Positions 13,690 to 29,810 of a stretch of 64,000 bases of DNA are shown one piece after another. The position numbers were made by a program, and so were the translations under genes. The DNA lies in the NCBI GenBank assembly GCA_964016885.1, contig OZ024743.1:1736001-1800000 (forward strand), in the 5' to 3' direction. The number at the start of each line of letters is the position of its first letter. The stretch's first letter is position 1. This stretch comes from Eledone cirrhosa (Eukaryota). The notes beneath the pieces were generated by a model. It saw only the letters and a list, made by a program, of their open reading frames with translations, searched no databases and was not told where the DNA came from.

Positions 13690-15720
13690 GGTTGATTGTA
13701 CACTTTCAGGCAAGCCAACATGCTCGCAGCATTACCATGGGTGATGACGAGGCTAAGGTACTGAAATAACGAGACACCCTCAGGGGCATCACTTGACACC
13801 TCAGTAAGGCGAACTGCCAGCGAAGACAAGAACTTCTCTGTCAGCGGCCCAACTCCACCAAACGTCTCGAATGCCACAGGCTGGAAAAAATAATTGTTTG
13901 ATAAGTCCTGGTATTTCCGAATTTTATTCCGTTCGGCAGCGGAAGCAGTGACCCCCGCATCCACCGCGGCGTCCATGATGTGGGAGGGGGCAAAAGAGTC
14001 ACTGACTGTGACGTCCCAGATGAGACATCTACCCCTCACCCAGGGACAAAGGGTAAGACCGTCTGGTCACTTCCCACCACTCCTGGATAAACCAGCCGGT
14101 TCCAGAACTGTGGGGATATTAACCCGAGCCAGGGCTCGTTTGATGATCAGGTTTAGCTTGGTATGACAAGCAAAACAACTGGCATTCAGGTGGAAGGACA
14201 AACCATGTAAACTTGTGGAGTTGTGGGATCTACCACAGACGTCGGCTTCCACACGAAGTGCAATGAAGATATGTAGTTCGTCCTGGTTGAGAAGGCCACC
14301 AATGTTGGTCACAGGCAGGCATCAATCTAGTCCCCCCTAGAACTTTGCACTAGCAGAAAGTAAGCGGCACCTAGAAAATTGATCGGAAAGATCAAAGAGA
14401 GAGTTGAAAGTTTCCCTCGAGCGCAGATTGTCCCATACTCTCTACTTCCGTCTATCTTCATCAGTAACTGGGACTGACAAACCCAGCTACCTCCACTGTA
14501 GTAAAGCTTCATCCAACTCCCTGGTGGAACTAGTCCAAGCTGGGAAGGAGAGGATGTCACCTACTAAAGGGGAGCAGACGTGGATGGATGAAAGAAAGCA
14601 AGGTAGGGACAATGAAGTACACTTATACAAACCGAGACCTCCAAACCGTTTGGGTAAGGCAGCTTGGTCGCAGGACGCTGCAGAGAGTCGTACATTGACC
14701 AAACCCTCGAGCTCACTGAATATAAGATCGTCGAAGCGTTGGAGAGATGAAGAAAATTTGTAAGAGGTACTACTTCTAAGGAAATACAACTTAGAGACTG
14801 ACAAATAATTCTGGAGAATGAAAAAACCTTGGTCAGGTTCAATGACATCGAGGTTTTTAAAAGTTGCTTGAGGCTAGCCAACTTAGATTGAAAGATGGAC
14901 TCGAAGACTTGGTCAGTAATTGGGGATCCAAGGGAGCACCACGCCGATGGGGCAGGAATCGCGATGGAGGGGAAAGACTCTATGAACAGGTCAACAGTCT
15001 CTTGATGTAAAGCTGGGTGGTAGAGAAACCAGAGCACTCATTTGGAGCTGTTGATGTGAAGGCCCCTACATCCCAACTCCTCGATCATTGTCTTCGCAGT
15101 TGCAAGGATCTTGTCTGGAGGACCCCCCCCCCAGGCAAGCATCATCCAGATACCAGACATTCAGATCCAGGTCAGCTCCCAACTTGGTGACGTCATCAAT
15201 GCCTAGAGCGAAAAGTGCAGGTCTGAGCGGGTTACCCTTTTGGATCCCTGTGGCAGATAGAAGGAGATGGTCACCGAAGGTGAAGTAGAAGGGCTCCCGG
15301 TAGGATTGCCAAGCAAAGTAGTAAAGCTGCGGGGTCCCCTCCTTAACTGAACGGAGGATGACATTCCGACTGATGGAATTAAAAGCTTTCCTAAGATCCA
15401 ACTTGAAAATGACCTTGGGGGTTTGGGAAGGTAAGTTGGAAAATGGTCTGGTGGCGGGAGCGGCAGCCCCACAACCCAACTTTATATCCACCTCTAGCTG
15501 AATAGAGGAACATTCGGTGGACAGGCTGTCTGAAATCGAAGACAAACATACCTTCGCGATGATCCGTCGCAGAGTGCATCCAACTGGTATGGGGTGGAGG
15601 TCACCGTTGGGCTTTGTGAGGCCAAACAGTTTAGCTCCAAAGAACAGGGGGCGGATATAAGAGAGGACATTCTCGGACGAGAACAGGTTGGTGAAATGAG
15701 TGAGGCATATTATGTTCAAT
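13690..15720 (-). mobile_element. Decayed CRE-like non-LTR retrotransposon (RT plus restriction-like endonuclease)
   Basis: KPNGDLHPIPVGCTLRR, KLDLRKAFNSISR, GIQKGNPL, WYLDD; RPDG..WDVTV..AERNKIRKY..FQPVAFETFG. Confidence 0.85.
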
Positions 15721-15731
15721 TATGTTATATA

Positions 15732-15786
<55 letters not shown>

Positions 15787-15803
15787 TACATATATATATA
15801 TAT

Positions 15804-15834
<31 letters not shown>

Positions 15835-15932
15835 TACAAGAGCTGAAAAAATATCTTTTAACATGTTAAAATATCCCCCACACACTGACAGACACATTCC
15901 TACTGACCATCCCTCTACCACGAATTACTCTG

Positions 15933-15971
<39 letters not shown>

Positions 15972-16199
15972 TCTTAATAGGCATTTGAACTGTCAACAGG
16001 TTGCGGTTCGCACACACATCCCTGCTGACCATTATCACAACAACGAACCTCTTTACTACTACTACACACACACACATATTTGTTGTGAAAGACTTATCTC
16101 TCAGTCAGCCGACACAAACCTACATTTGGCGCAAAATCAATTTTTTACATTCACATGACCTCTACCGACCAATCAAAATTGTTTTGACCACAAGAATTT

Positions 16200-16365
16200 T
16201 TGCAACACGAATTGGCGCAAAACTTATTTTAATACTGCTGGAGCCACTTTTTAACATAAAAACAGGTAGAATTCCCAAAACTAATCAGATCAGAGCAAAC
16301 ATCATGGACGCTCTATCTCAAAATTATTTTTGAAAAGCATTAGAAATGCGCAACCGGTAAAACTT
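16200..16365 (+). mobile_element. Diverged relative of the 17-kb terminal-repeat family with a degenerate U3-A8 HHR
   Basis: Aligns by eye with 17603-17797; ttt-TTGAAAA-gcat tagaa atgc-GCAAC-cg-GTA-aaa. Confidence 0.55.
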
Positions 16366-16506
16366 GAAACCAAAACTTAATACTAACCAATACTATTACT
16401 AATTATCACTTATTCCTAATTAAACTATTTTTCACTGTGAACAATTTGTCAGCATTTTCTATTCCGTTTACCAATATATATATATATATATATATATATC
16501 TATCTG

Positions 16507-16628
<122 letters not shown>

Positions 16629-16644
16629 CAATACAATATAATTA

Positions 16645-16714
16645 CCTCATTACCAGAGGTTTCCCGAATGAGGCGAATACGAAATAAACGACTTCATTCG
16701 TTCGTCAGACGAGG
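16645..16714 (-). ncRNA. Type I hammerhead ribozyme
   Basis: cctcgt-CTGACGA-a cgaatgaag..cctcattcg g-GAAACC-tct-GGTA-atgagg; lies just before a (TA)n tract. Confidence 0.8.
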
Positions 16715-16944
16715 CAATATAAAACATGGGCAAATACTTAGAAAAACACATCAAGAAAATCAAAAAAAGATATAGATAAATGAAATAGAAATTGAAATAT
16801 ATAAAAATCTATCAAGAAATATAGTTAGGTGTGTGTATATGTATGTATATACGCTCACAGATGTGCATATATGTATATGCGCACATGTATATGTACAGTG
16901 AGAAAGTGTGCGTAATTCTAAAATTATATATATATATATATATA

Positions 16945-17875
16945 TATAAAGAAAAAAAGATGAAATCAAAAATGCAACTGGAGTCTTATTTAAAAAAAAA
17001 ATATATATATATTTATTTGGTACCTTTACCGGTTTCGCAGTTCTTCTGCTTTTCAAAAGGTGAGTTGAGATGGAGGGTCTGTGGTTTTTCTCACATCTGG
17101 TTGGTCTCTGAATGTTACTTGTTTTATATGGAAAAAGTGGCTCGAAATGCCAGGTTTTTCGAGAAGTAATTTGATTGGTTTGTCAATAATTATAATAAAT
17201 TTCGCGCCAGTTCGCGTTACACACACACACGCACACACACACAAGCACACAAATAAACATACATATCTTTACTTCCTTTATTCAATAGAAAATCTGAATT
17301 CTGACACCCCAGCGAACTAACCATATTCACTGAACCAGAACAATTCTCCCATCCCTTTCTCTTGACCATTATCTTTCACTTATCACAAAATTCTCTAAAA
17401 AGGCTACAGAATGGATTTCCAAATAAGGACACGAAAATTTAATGAAAACTTGTTCACGTGACAGCCATAATTTCATTTATAACCAACCAAAAAAAAGCCT
17501 TCGTGAGCCCCTTTTTTCAAGTAAAAAGAAATTCAAACACTCACATATGAAAAAACAACATGTGACACCCCCCCCCCCCCTCTTATTTGAAGAACTATTG
17601 TAACGCGAACTGGCGCGAAATTTATTATAATTATTGACAAACCAATCAAATTACTTCTCGAAAAACCTGGCATTTCGAGCCACTTTTTCCATATAAAACA
17701 AGTAACATTCAGAGACCAACCAGATGTGAGAAAAACCACAGACCCTCCATCTCAACTCACCTTTTGAAAAGCAGAAGAACTGCGAAACCGGTAAAGGAAC
17801 CAAATAAATATATATATTTAAAAAAAAAAAATAAGACTCCAGTTGCATTTTCGATTTCATCTCTTTTTCTTTATA
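16945..17875. mobile_element. Inverted pair of ~277-bp terminal repeats, each with a U3-A8 HHR
   Basis: 16945-17221 is the reverse complement of 17599-17875; HHR motifs at 17023-17060 (-) and 17760-17797 (+). Confidence 0.8.
17760..17797 (+). ncRNA. Minimal hammerhead ribozyme with U3-A8 core
   Basis: cctt-TTGAAAA-gcag aagaa ctgc-GAAAC-cg-GTA-aagg. Confidence 0.7.
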
Positions 17876-17930
17876 CTTTCACTCGTGTAGGACACCTCGG
17901 TTATTTTTCATTTTGTTAAAAAAACCTCAC

Positions 17931-18024
<94 letters not shown>

Positions 18025-18244
18025 CGTTTCTGAATTTGTTTAGCAAGATTCTTTATCTGAAATCGTGTGTTGAAACCGATATTGTTATACTTTGGGAGGG
18101 TCATGTTGCCAATAAGAAACACACGCACCAGTTGCTTTCACTTCAATTTATTATATATTTATAAATTTATAAATTTACAAATTTACAAACTTATAAATTT
18201 CTGGTTGGTTGGTTGGTTCCACAACCAGATAGTTGTTTATATAT

Positions 18245-18289
18245 AGTCATAGTCCTTTCGTCACACACTCTGTGACCTCTTCAGTGACT
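18245..18289 (-). ncRNA. Minimal HHR in the 3' region of the Penelope-like element
   Basis: agtca-CTGAAGA-g gtcaca gagtg tgtgac-GAAA-ggac-TA-tgact; same strand as, and downstream of, the GIY-YIG ORF. Confidence 0.75.
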
Positions 18290-18614
18290 GGGGATTCCTT
18301 TCTTTGTTTCTGTGCCTTTCCTTTCTTCTATCCTACGCCATTTTGTTTCTGTGTGTGTGTTGTGTGCTCAGTTTGCGCATGCGCCACATCCGGGTGTCTG
18401 TGTGTGTTTGTGTTCATTTATCTATTTGTTTATTTATTTATTTATTTATTGTTGGTTGGTTGTTTGTTCTATGTGTGTGTGTGTTTTCATTTTGTCCTGT
18501 GTGTGTTTTCATTTTGTCCTGTGTGTGTTTTCATTTTGTCCTTAATTGTAAGTTGTTTGTTCTATGTGTGTGTGTGTGTTTTCATTTTGTCCTGTGTGTG
18601 TTTTCATTTTGTCC

Positions 18615-19310
18615 TTAATTGTAAGTTGTGATGTTGCTGTTCCACTCATATTTTCTATTTAATTTTGGTTTTAATTCTTTTATGCTTACTGCCTCTGTAA
18701 TTTGCCTAAACATTGCGTCTTTTCTGTGTGTGGATTCTATTTTTATTTCTATGTTCTCTAATCTACCCCTGTGTTCTATCTTAGCATGTTGGTAGAGCAC
18801 AGATGATTCTTTATTATCTTGGAGGTCTCGCCAGTGTTCATTTATTCGTTCCCCTATACTACGAGCTGTCTCACCTATGTACACTATATTTTTGTTTCTA
18901 CATTGTCCTTCAGTACATCTTATGCTATACACTACATTTCTAGTTTTACAGTTAATATGGGGGCTTATTTTACAGGTTATACATTTTTTATCTATACATG
19001 AGGGTCTTTGGAACGGGTATGTCTTGCTAATAAGTGTTTTTACGGAGGTACCTGGTCTTTCTACTATCTTAATATTGAGATTATGTTTATTTAGGGCCCT
19101 TCTAAATTTGTAGGCTAGTTCGCCTCTAGGGGTTGTATTGATGAACATTACACTCTGGTATTTATTGCTAGCATACCATGAGTTTATTCTATTGGCCTTG
19201 TTCCTAGTTCTTTCTATTCTATTCCAAAATTTGCTCCTATACAAGGGGCAGGTCCCATTTATGTCATTATTTCCCATTTTTTCCCATTTGGTTCTGGCTC
19301 CTTTATACAC
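18615..19310 (-). pseudogene. Penelope-like element 3' part: Zn-finger linker and GIY-YIG endonuclease (5'-truncated, no RT)
   Basis: CITC..NCKTRNVVYSIRC..C..VYIGETARSIGERINEH..H..RQITEAVSI..KPKLN. Confidence 0.88.
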
Positions 19311-19345
19311 TCTGATTCTATCTCTCTGATTGTAGCCAGAGAACT

Positions 19346-20070
<725 letters not shown>

Positions 20071-20159
20071 ATATATACTTTATTATATTTATAATTGTAT
20101 ATACTTTATATACATTATAAAAATCTTTTTTTTAAAAGAATTGTTCTTTCATTTTTTCA

Positions 20160-20352
20160 ATAATTGTTTCTACATTTGGCACAAGGCCAGCAATTACCCA
20201 GTGCATTACTGGTACTTTATTTTATCGACCCCGAAAGGATGAAAGGCAAAGTTAACCTCGGCGGGATTTGAACTCAGAATGGCAAGGACCGTAACTCTAT
20301 GCGTCAAAGCATGGCGTCCGACCCTCTACCGATACTGCCAATCCACCGCCCT
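20160..20352 (-). mobile_element. tRNA-derived SINE, full length
   Basis: Reverse complement of the 12795 family. Confidence 0.9.
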
Positions 20353-20504
20353 TTCATTTTTTCAATAATGCCACTTTGACGAATCAAAGAAAAGAAAAGA
20401 AAAGAGAAACGGATCCTTAATATTTTCAGTGCTATTTCCAATCTCACCTTTTCTCTATAACCACTGTTTTGTATAGAACCTTACTTCCCTTTTCATATAT
20501 ATAT

Positions 20505-21561
<1,057 letters not shown>

Positions 21562-21618
21562 AGTACAGATTAAAGTTTAAGCAAGAATCGGTGCTTTCAC
21601 CTTATATGGGACCTTTTT

Positions 21619-21678
<60 letters not shown>

Positions 21679-22397
21679 CATATATACAATCCTTGCGAGG
21701 CCTCTTCGGATTTTGGTCTTCATATTTATTATTGCTACATAAGTCAGTTGAGGGCTACTATAGAAATCAGGTTTTCAACTGCGCCAACAATTACATGAAC
21801 GCCGTCACACGATGTCGTTGCGAAGTAAACTTTCGAACGTGACATCCACAAACATTGGAATGGAGTTCAACAACAACCAAAGAATGTTAGTGTTGTGACG
21901 TAAGTATATTTGGCTATGATTGTATTTTAGGAGTAATTTACAGCGGAACTTGCCTAACATATACATAATAATAGTCGTGTACTTTTACGTGCAGCAGCAA
22001 ACACACACAGATACACACACACAGGTATACATACACACACTCACACACTCACACACTCACTCATACACACAAAACGTTTTATTTTGCCTCGACATTTTGT
22101 TTCCGCCATTATTGATTTCTGACGTCAATAGCTGAACCATGCATTGCGTCAGAAAAATATGAGATATCATTTCTTGCAGTTTACGTTTGTGCTTTCACTA
22201 TTTTCTTTGGATTGGTGAGCAGGGCGAGGGGGATTGTTTCAGGAAATTATAAACAAAAATAGAACGTCATTATAATATATCTATATGATATAATGTGTGT
22301 GTATGTATATATAAATATATACATACATATTTATACATACATATCTATATATACATCTATATATGCATATATATATATATGCACACACACACACACT

Positions 22398-22447
<50 letters not shown>

Positions 22448-22448
22448 T

Positions 22449-22562
<114 letters not shown>

Positions 22563-22692
22563 GTGTGTGTGTATATATATATATGTGTGTATATATTTAT
22601 ATATAATTAAAGTGTTCCCTCTAAACATACCGTCTATTGCAAGATATATAAAATAATATTCATAAATATATATATATATATATACATATATA

Positions 22693-22752
<60 letters not shown>

Positions 22753-22974
22753 CGCGCGCGCGTGTGTGTGTGTTCAAAGATATGTATGTATGTCATTTAG
22801 AGCCAGACTGGGGTAAAGATGAATAATGATGAAAAGTAGAGCAAGATTAGACTATATATAATATACAATAACGTCAGTTTGATGTGAGGCCAAAAATAAT
22901 CTGCCGGAACTGAGGGTAGAGCTATTTACTTTGGCTTGTACTGATCGATATATTGAGATGGGAGTTATAGTGTT

Positions 22975-23775
22975 GGTAGTGGTGGTGGTGCTGCTGGTTG
23001 GGATTGTGTGTGGTAGTGGTGTGATGGTGGTGATGGTGGCGTGTAGCGTTCGTGCTGTGTAGTGGTGGTGATGGTGGCGTGTAGTGGTCGTGGTGTGTGT
23101 AGTGGTGGTGGTGGTGGTGGTGGTGGTTGGGATGTGTGTGTGGTAGTGGGGTGAGTGGTGGTGATGGTGGCGTGTAGTGGTCGTGGTGTGTGCTGTGTAG
23201 TGGTGGTGGTGGTGGTGGTTGGGATGTGTGTGGGTAGTGGGGTGAGTGGTGGTGATGGTGGCGTGTAGTGGTCGTGGTGTGTGCTGTGTAGTGGTGGTGG
23301 TGGTGTATGATGGTGTTGTGTTTGTTGGTGGTGGTGTATGCTGTGTAGTGGTGGAGGTGGGGTGGTGGTGTGTGCTGTCTAGTGGTGGAGGTGGGGTGGT
23401 GGCGTGTGCCGTGTAGTGGTGGAGGTGGTTTGGTGGTGTGTGCTGTGTAGTGGTGGTGGTGGGAGGTCTGTAGTGTTTGTTGGTGGTGGTGTGTGCTGTT
23501 TTGTGGTGGGGGTGGTGGTGGGTCTGTAGTGTTTGTTGGTGGTGGTGTGTGCTGTTTTGTGGTGGGGTGGGGGTGGGGGTGGGGTGGGGTCTGTAGTGTT
23601 GTTGTTGTTGGTGGTGGTGCAGGTATGTCGTTGAAGTCGTGGTGGTGGTATGAAGTGTCGTTATTGTTGATGAGGTGAGGGTAGTATGTAGAGGCGTTGA
23701 GGTGGTGGTGGTATGTAATGGTGTTGTTGGGGCTGTTGTTTTTGGTGCTGGTGTATGGCGTGGTGCTGGTGGCAT
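22975..23775. repeat. GT-rich low-complexity minisatellite (GGT/GTG)
   Basis: gtgtgctgtgtagtggtggtg units. Confidence 0.9.
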
Positions 23776-23802
23776 ATGGGGAGAGAGTGTTCGGTAAAGA
23801 AT

Positions 23803-23876
<74 letters not shown>

Positions 23877-24269
23877 GAGAGAGAGAAAGAGAGCGAACGA
23901 GATTGATTGAATATGTCGTTCATGTTGGTGTTGTTGTGTATTGTTGTTTGTGTTTGTGTGCCTCTCTCTCTCTCCGTGAGTGTCGGAGAGTGGGATGGAA
24001 TGTGATGTTAAATGAGAGAGAAAATAAAACGAATGATAACCGTTAAGATTGTGTGATAAGGTAGAAAAACAAAATGGAGATTTAATTATTGCAGGAAGAA
24101 GAAATTGAGAATGATACGAGGAGACACAGAAGACACTAAAGAGTTGAAGTCACATTCAAAAGAAAACTAGATATAAAAATATACTTTAATAACAACCATA
24201 AAAATTATATGTTTGGACATAGGAGTTATATTATTGATTTGTAATTTACGCACAAAGCCAACGACTTTA

Positions 24270-24385
24270 AGGGGAAGCCAAAGTTAATTAAATAATCCCC
24301 AGTATTTGACTGGTATATTATTTTATTGAGTTTGGAAACAGGAGGCAAAGTTGACCTCGGCGGGATTTGAATGTAAAGAGCCAGA
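24270..24385 (-). mobile_element. Diverged SINE copy
   Basis: ggcaaagttgacctcggcgggatttgaa. Confidence 0.65.
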
Positions 24386-24469
24386 ACAAGTATCTCACTG
24401 CCAATCCAGCACCCGTTACGAAAATATAATGCAAGACTAAACACACAGACTGCATACTCTGTAACAAAT

Positions 24470-25320
24470 AACCACCACAACCAACAGACAACCACCCCCA
24501 ACTACACCACTACATATCCCCTCCACTACATAGCAGCAGCACCACCACCACCACCACCACATACAACTTCCACCAGATATCACAAACACCATCACTCACC
24601 ACCACCACCACCAAATCCAATAGACCACCACCACAACCAACAGACAACCACCACAACCAACAGACGATCACCACCAACAGACGACTACCACGACCAACAG
24701 ACGACTACCACGACCAGCAGACGATCACCACAGCCAACAGACGATCACCACCAACAGACGACTACCACAACCAACAAACCACCACCACTACCAACAGACA
24801 ACATTCACAACCAACAGACGACCACCACTAACAAACAACCATCACAACCAACAGACGACCATCACTAACAAACAACGATCACAACCAACAAACAACCATC
24901 AGAACCAACAGACGACCATAACCAACAAACAACCACCACAACCAATAGACAACGATCATGACTAACGGACGACCATCACTAACAAACAACCATCACAACC
25001 AACAGGCGACCACTACTAACATACAACCATGACAATCTACAGACGACCACCACAATCAACAGACAACCATCACAACCAACAAACAACTACCACTAACAAC
25101 CAACCAACAAACGACCACTACTAACAAACAACCATCACAACCAACAAGCGACCACTACTAACAAACAACCACCACAACCAACAAACGACCACCACAACCA
25201 ACAAACAGCCATCACAACCAACAGACGACCATCACCAACAAACAACCATCACAACCTACAGACGATTACCACAAACAACAACCATCACTGCCAGAAACAA
25301 CAGATGACCATCAGAAACAA
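24470..25320. repeat. AC-rich minisatellite (~accaccacaaccaacagacg)
   Basis: 16-20 bp degenerate units. Confidence 0.9.
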
Positions 25321-26099
25321 GAATCATCAGATCCAACGAGCAACCACTACTAGATCCTTACCCAAACTATTTTATAATTGCTGAAAAATGCCCGATGTCA
25401 ACGACCAAAAGTTATTAAAGTCCATAGCTGATAACAATTGAGAAACATACACAACATCGAAGTAAACAAGATCATAAACCGCCATTAAAATAATTTTATC
25501 CAGAAGATAAAATACATAAGTCTTGAAATATTGCCCAACCTAGCCGGAGTTTCTGGTTGTTACCAGAAAGACGGCAGACAAACATACAAATACGTGTACG
25601 CACATACAGTCGTCACGTACATAAACAGACACGGCGCATCTTATCCCCCCACTCTCTCTATACACACGTACATACACACTAAACAACCAACTTAATTTTT
25701 TATAAATGAATCCATTTATAGAAAATGGAGAGACGGTAGGCAAACTAGAGTGAAAGCACAAAGGAGAAGCAAACAACATGTGTAATAGCAGCAGCAACAA
25801 CAACAATGACAGGGTAGCAAAATTAATAAGACGAAACAACAACGGCGACGATAATAATGATTTTTAATGATAGTCTATTTCTCTAGAATCCGATCGCCAT
25901 TGAAATGAGTCACTTATAGAAAACATAGATAACAACAACAACAACAACAACAACAACAAATAATAATTAATAATAACAATGTTAATAAAATACTATAATA
26001 AAAGCCGTTCTATCAGTCCGTCCGTCACGCTCTCTGTATATATAGAGGGAAATAATACTCCAACTCTCACTCACTCCCCCTCCCCCTCTCTCTAACTAA

Positions 26100-26310
26100 A
26101 ACATCGGTCGCTCTCCGAGAGGTTTGCAGTCGAGGCCCTAATAGTGGAGACTTCTGGTGTCCTTAGCCCTAGGGCTACCTCCCTACTTATCATCATAGGC
26201 GCTGAGCTGGTGAGCTGCAGGTGTGAGCCTCGTGAGATGAAATGGCTCTTCCAGCGCATCTCCCTTACCATCCTCCGCGGAAACGCCTTCTTAATTCTGT
26301 CCGACGGGGC
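26100..26310 (+). mobile_element. 3' fragment of a CRE-like endonuclease domain
   Basis: VETSGVL..EPREMKWLFQRISLTILRGNA parallels FETFGG..LFQYLSLVITHGNA at 13.7-13.9 kb. Confidence 0.65.
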
Positions 26311-26607
26311 CGTGGGGTGGCCAGCACGTGGGACCCCATTTAATCATAATACAGAGAGATGGGGAGGGCGAGAGAGATGGAGGCGATGACTGTAGGAGTT
26401 CGGCTTCTCTGTGTTCGGACCGGGTGTACGTGTATATGAATGCTTAGTGTCTTATGTTTGACATGTAGTAAGTAGTTAGTGACTAAAACATAACTTGTAA
26501 GCAAATGTGTGTGTGGGTGGTGGTGGTGGTGGTGGTGGTGTGGTTGGAGGGTATTTGTATGTGTGTGTATTTATGTATGTGCTTGTGTGTGTGTGTTTAT
26601 GTGCATT

Positions 26608-27335
26608 ACAACGATCCAACCTCTGAAAACGGGCCCGAAGCCGTCTGCCTTGAGGATAACCGCCCGGTAGCAATGAGAAATCTTTCGATTGATTTAAGTT
26701 GATCAGAGTACCCCTTGTACCAGGTTACTTAGCCATCCTTTCTAATGTATGGAGTGGATCTGTTTGGGATCGTGTATGTCTGCGCCTCCCTACCAGACCA
26801 CCCACGACAAGCTCCAACCTCGTCGCTAACACCTTGGCCAAAATTTTAAACTCTGCATTTGGAAGAGTTATGGTCCCCTTTGTTTGGGTCCTTCCTCAGC
26901 AGTACCACCGCTCCACGGTTCACAGAGCTTGGAATTCTACCGTTCTGCTACCATTTGCAGTAGACGTCTACCAAGAGGTCACCGAACATGTCTAGCATGT
27001 AAATGTAAAGCTCGTAGGGCTGACCATCTAAACCAGGCGATTTGCCGCTCGTGCATCTGGTCATCACCTTCCGTATCTCAGCGGCCGTTATCGGCCTTTT
27101 GCAGCATTCCACCTCTGTGGCCGAGAGCCGTGGTAGGTCAAGGTAGGCACTAAAATCCATCTTGTGATTCAGCTCACCACCGCTCTCGAACAGTTGAGTG
27201 AAGAGCTGCTGAGAAGCCGCACACATCCGTTTGAGATCAAGTAATATGCGCCCTTCGTGGTGGATTGTGACTTTGTTGCTATGCCGCGCCCCTACCACCC
27301 CGGTGCATCGAACAACTTTCGTTCCTGCGCGCTCT
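26608..27335 (-). mobile_element. Tx1/L1-like LINE fragment (RT N-terminal part)
   Basis: SGKSPGLDGQPYELY; PITL.NAEFKILAKVLA.RL. Confidence 0.75.
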
Positions 27336-28257
27336 AGTTTGTTGATAATAATAATAGCGTCTAGTTTCTCAATTTTCTTTTGTCATCCCATGATGCCATT
27401 CGGCCATTAGGAAAGAAATAATGAAGCATTTCTTATCTTCTTTGTCTTTCTACCTTACACCCCCACACACACGCACACGCACACACACACACACACACAT
27501 ACACATATATATATATATATATATGTGTATATATGTATGTATGTTTGTATATTTATATAAAGAGAGAAGACAAAGGGAGTAATTGGGCAAGTGGTTGCAG
27601 TGAGTATGTGAGCGAAGGTTTGCTCATTAGTTGGATGGGTGGTTTTCGATACAGTTAGGACCGACGCTACCGCTAAAGCCAACTAGTCAGCCATATATGG
27701 CGCAGACTTCCGATAAATCATTACTGATCGCTAAAGGATCAGAGTTTTATGCAACTTTGTATAATTAAATTAAATATATAATAATTTCTTGCAATCAATA
27801 AATAACTTGCTGAACATCTTTGCCGAGTTGCAGAGTTGTGGAAATATCCAAAGTGGTAATTTTCGTTGAGACAAGGACATTTTTTAGTTGAATTATTAGT
27901 TGTTTAGTCAGTCTCCCTGTAAAATAAAGAGTCGATCACATCTAGGCTCGACTATAAAGTATTTATCTATTCTACGGTTGACTTCGACTTCATATTGTTG
28001 AGATTTGTATCACCACAATCCTTGATGAAATTTCAATGAGTGCATCATAGACCTTGCTTACACTATAGAAGCATGGGGACTTTTAGACTAGAAAGAAACC
28101 TACTAGTGTACTAATACAGCAACTTGATTCTTCGTTGGAACCACTTCACAAACACCACCAACATCAGCAAAACACCACAAAATTACCATTTCTGTTATAT
28201 AAATCTGTTCAGTTATGTTTATGTAAGAAACCAGCATTCTACTATAAGGTTTAGTAG

Positions 28258-28470
28258 GGCGGTGGATTGGCGCATTAGACCGTCGGATAAATGCTTAGCA
28301 GTATTTGATCTGGCTCTTTAGGTTCTGAGTTCAAATCTCATGCAAGTCAGATTTGCCTTTCATCCTTTCGTTTTTGATAACATTAAGTACCAGTAAAGTA
28401 CTGGGGTCGGTATAAATAACCTTCCCTTCCCAAAAAATTACTGGCCTTGTGCCTGAAGTAGAAATCATTA
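28258..28470 (+). mobile_element. tRNA-derived SINE
   Basis: ggcggtggattggc..gagttcaaatc..tttgccttttcatcctttcg..gtaccagt..ggccttgtgcc. Confidence 0.8.
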
Positions 28471-29330
28471 TAAAGTTTACAGGATATTATTCCAATTTAA
28501 AGCTGTAAATACTGCTACAATATATCCTTTTCATAGCAAACCACCTGAAACTGCCCATGATTTTACGATGGAGTTTGTTCTGTATCTGCTTCTCAAGCTG
28601 GTTATTAAACAGATGGTCTTCTCCTTTGGCATCATGATTTAGACATGAAGTGTCTATGTTTTCAGTTTGGGAAAAACAAAACCACGTATTTATTAATGAG
28701 AATGTTGATATTATTCCCAGACCAATTTTTTATATGTTGTTTATTTTACAACTTTTGGTTTCTTTCTTCTTGAGATAAAATGCAAATACAAAAAAAAAAA
28801 AGGAAAATAAATAAAATAAAATCATAATTACCACCAAAATATTGTTAAAAGAAATTATAAAATAAAAGTTATAAAGGAAAGGTAAATCCAATCGAATCAA
28901 AACGAGAATATAACTGGCTGCTAAATTATAATTCTGATATATATATATATATATAATTCTGATATATATATATATATATATACTCCGACCTACACCCCAC
29001 CCCACACACACCTCTTCCTGAACATGCAACCCCGTTCTTCCCCCAACCCTTGCTTTCACATACACACACACACACACACACGTACACCTACACACACACA
29101 CCACCTTCAGCCCTCCCCGCTCGGACACCCCGTCTCCCTGTCCCCACTCCACCCGCCACCACTCCTACACGCCCACACCCTTCCACCACCTGTTTTACCC
29201 CATTTTAATTTTATTTTGATCATGCTTTTATTTTTAATTTCATTCGCACCGTTTCCTCCCACCCCCTTTTCGCTATATGTCTCTCCACCACTCCCCTACA
29301 CACCCTTTGAACTCTCTTCCCACACACTTT

Positions 29331-29375
29331 TCACCTGAAGAAGGGCTTATGCCCGAAACGTCGTTCCCCACCACC
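29331..29375 (+). ncRNA. Minimal Penelope-type HHR motif with weak stem I
   Basis: CTGAAGA-a gggc ttat gccc-GAAAC-GTC, followed by AATAAA and (TA)n. Confidence 0.6.
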
Positions 29376-29573
29376 ACCCCACTCTCAAGAGCGTGAAATT
29401 AATAAACATTCGTTGTACTGCCTCTCTGTTTTGTTCCTGTTCAAATTTTCCATTATATATATATATATATATATATATTTCAGGTGATTAACATATATAT
29501 ATATATATTAATAATATATATATATTAATAATATATATATTAATAATATATATATATATATGTTAATCACCTG

Positions 29574-29612
<39 letters not shown>

Positions 29613-29774
29613 TTTGTTGGTTCACCACAGCCCCATGGATTTTCTCTATTATATTTCTTTGTTATATTTTAAATTCCTGATGATATCAGCGGATTCACAC
29701 TGAACCCGGTCATTGAAATGATCATAGTATAATAAACCTTTTAAGGAATTACACCAGTCCAGCCTCCTGTTATT

Positions 29775-29804
<30 letters not shown>

Positions 29805-29810
<6 letters not shown>

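Noticed and set aside
18615-19310. Selenocysteine-recoding (Naiad-type) Penelope element
   Set aside because: No in-frame TGA in the retained ORF and no SECIS that I can identify.
22852-23923. His/Thr/Pro-rich 307 and 333 aa ORFs
   Set aside because: Low-complexity GGT minisatellite open in several frames; no gene structure.
29672-29750. Possible HHR (aattc-CTGATGA..GAAA..ggaatt)
   Set aside because: Stem II closure and stem III/cleavage triplet cannot be drawn convincingly.
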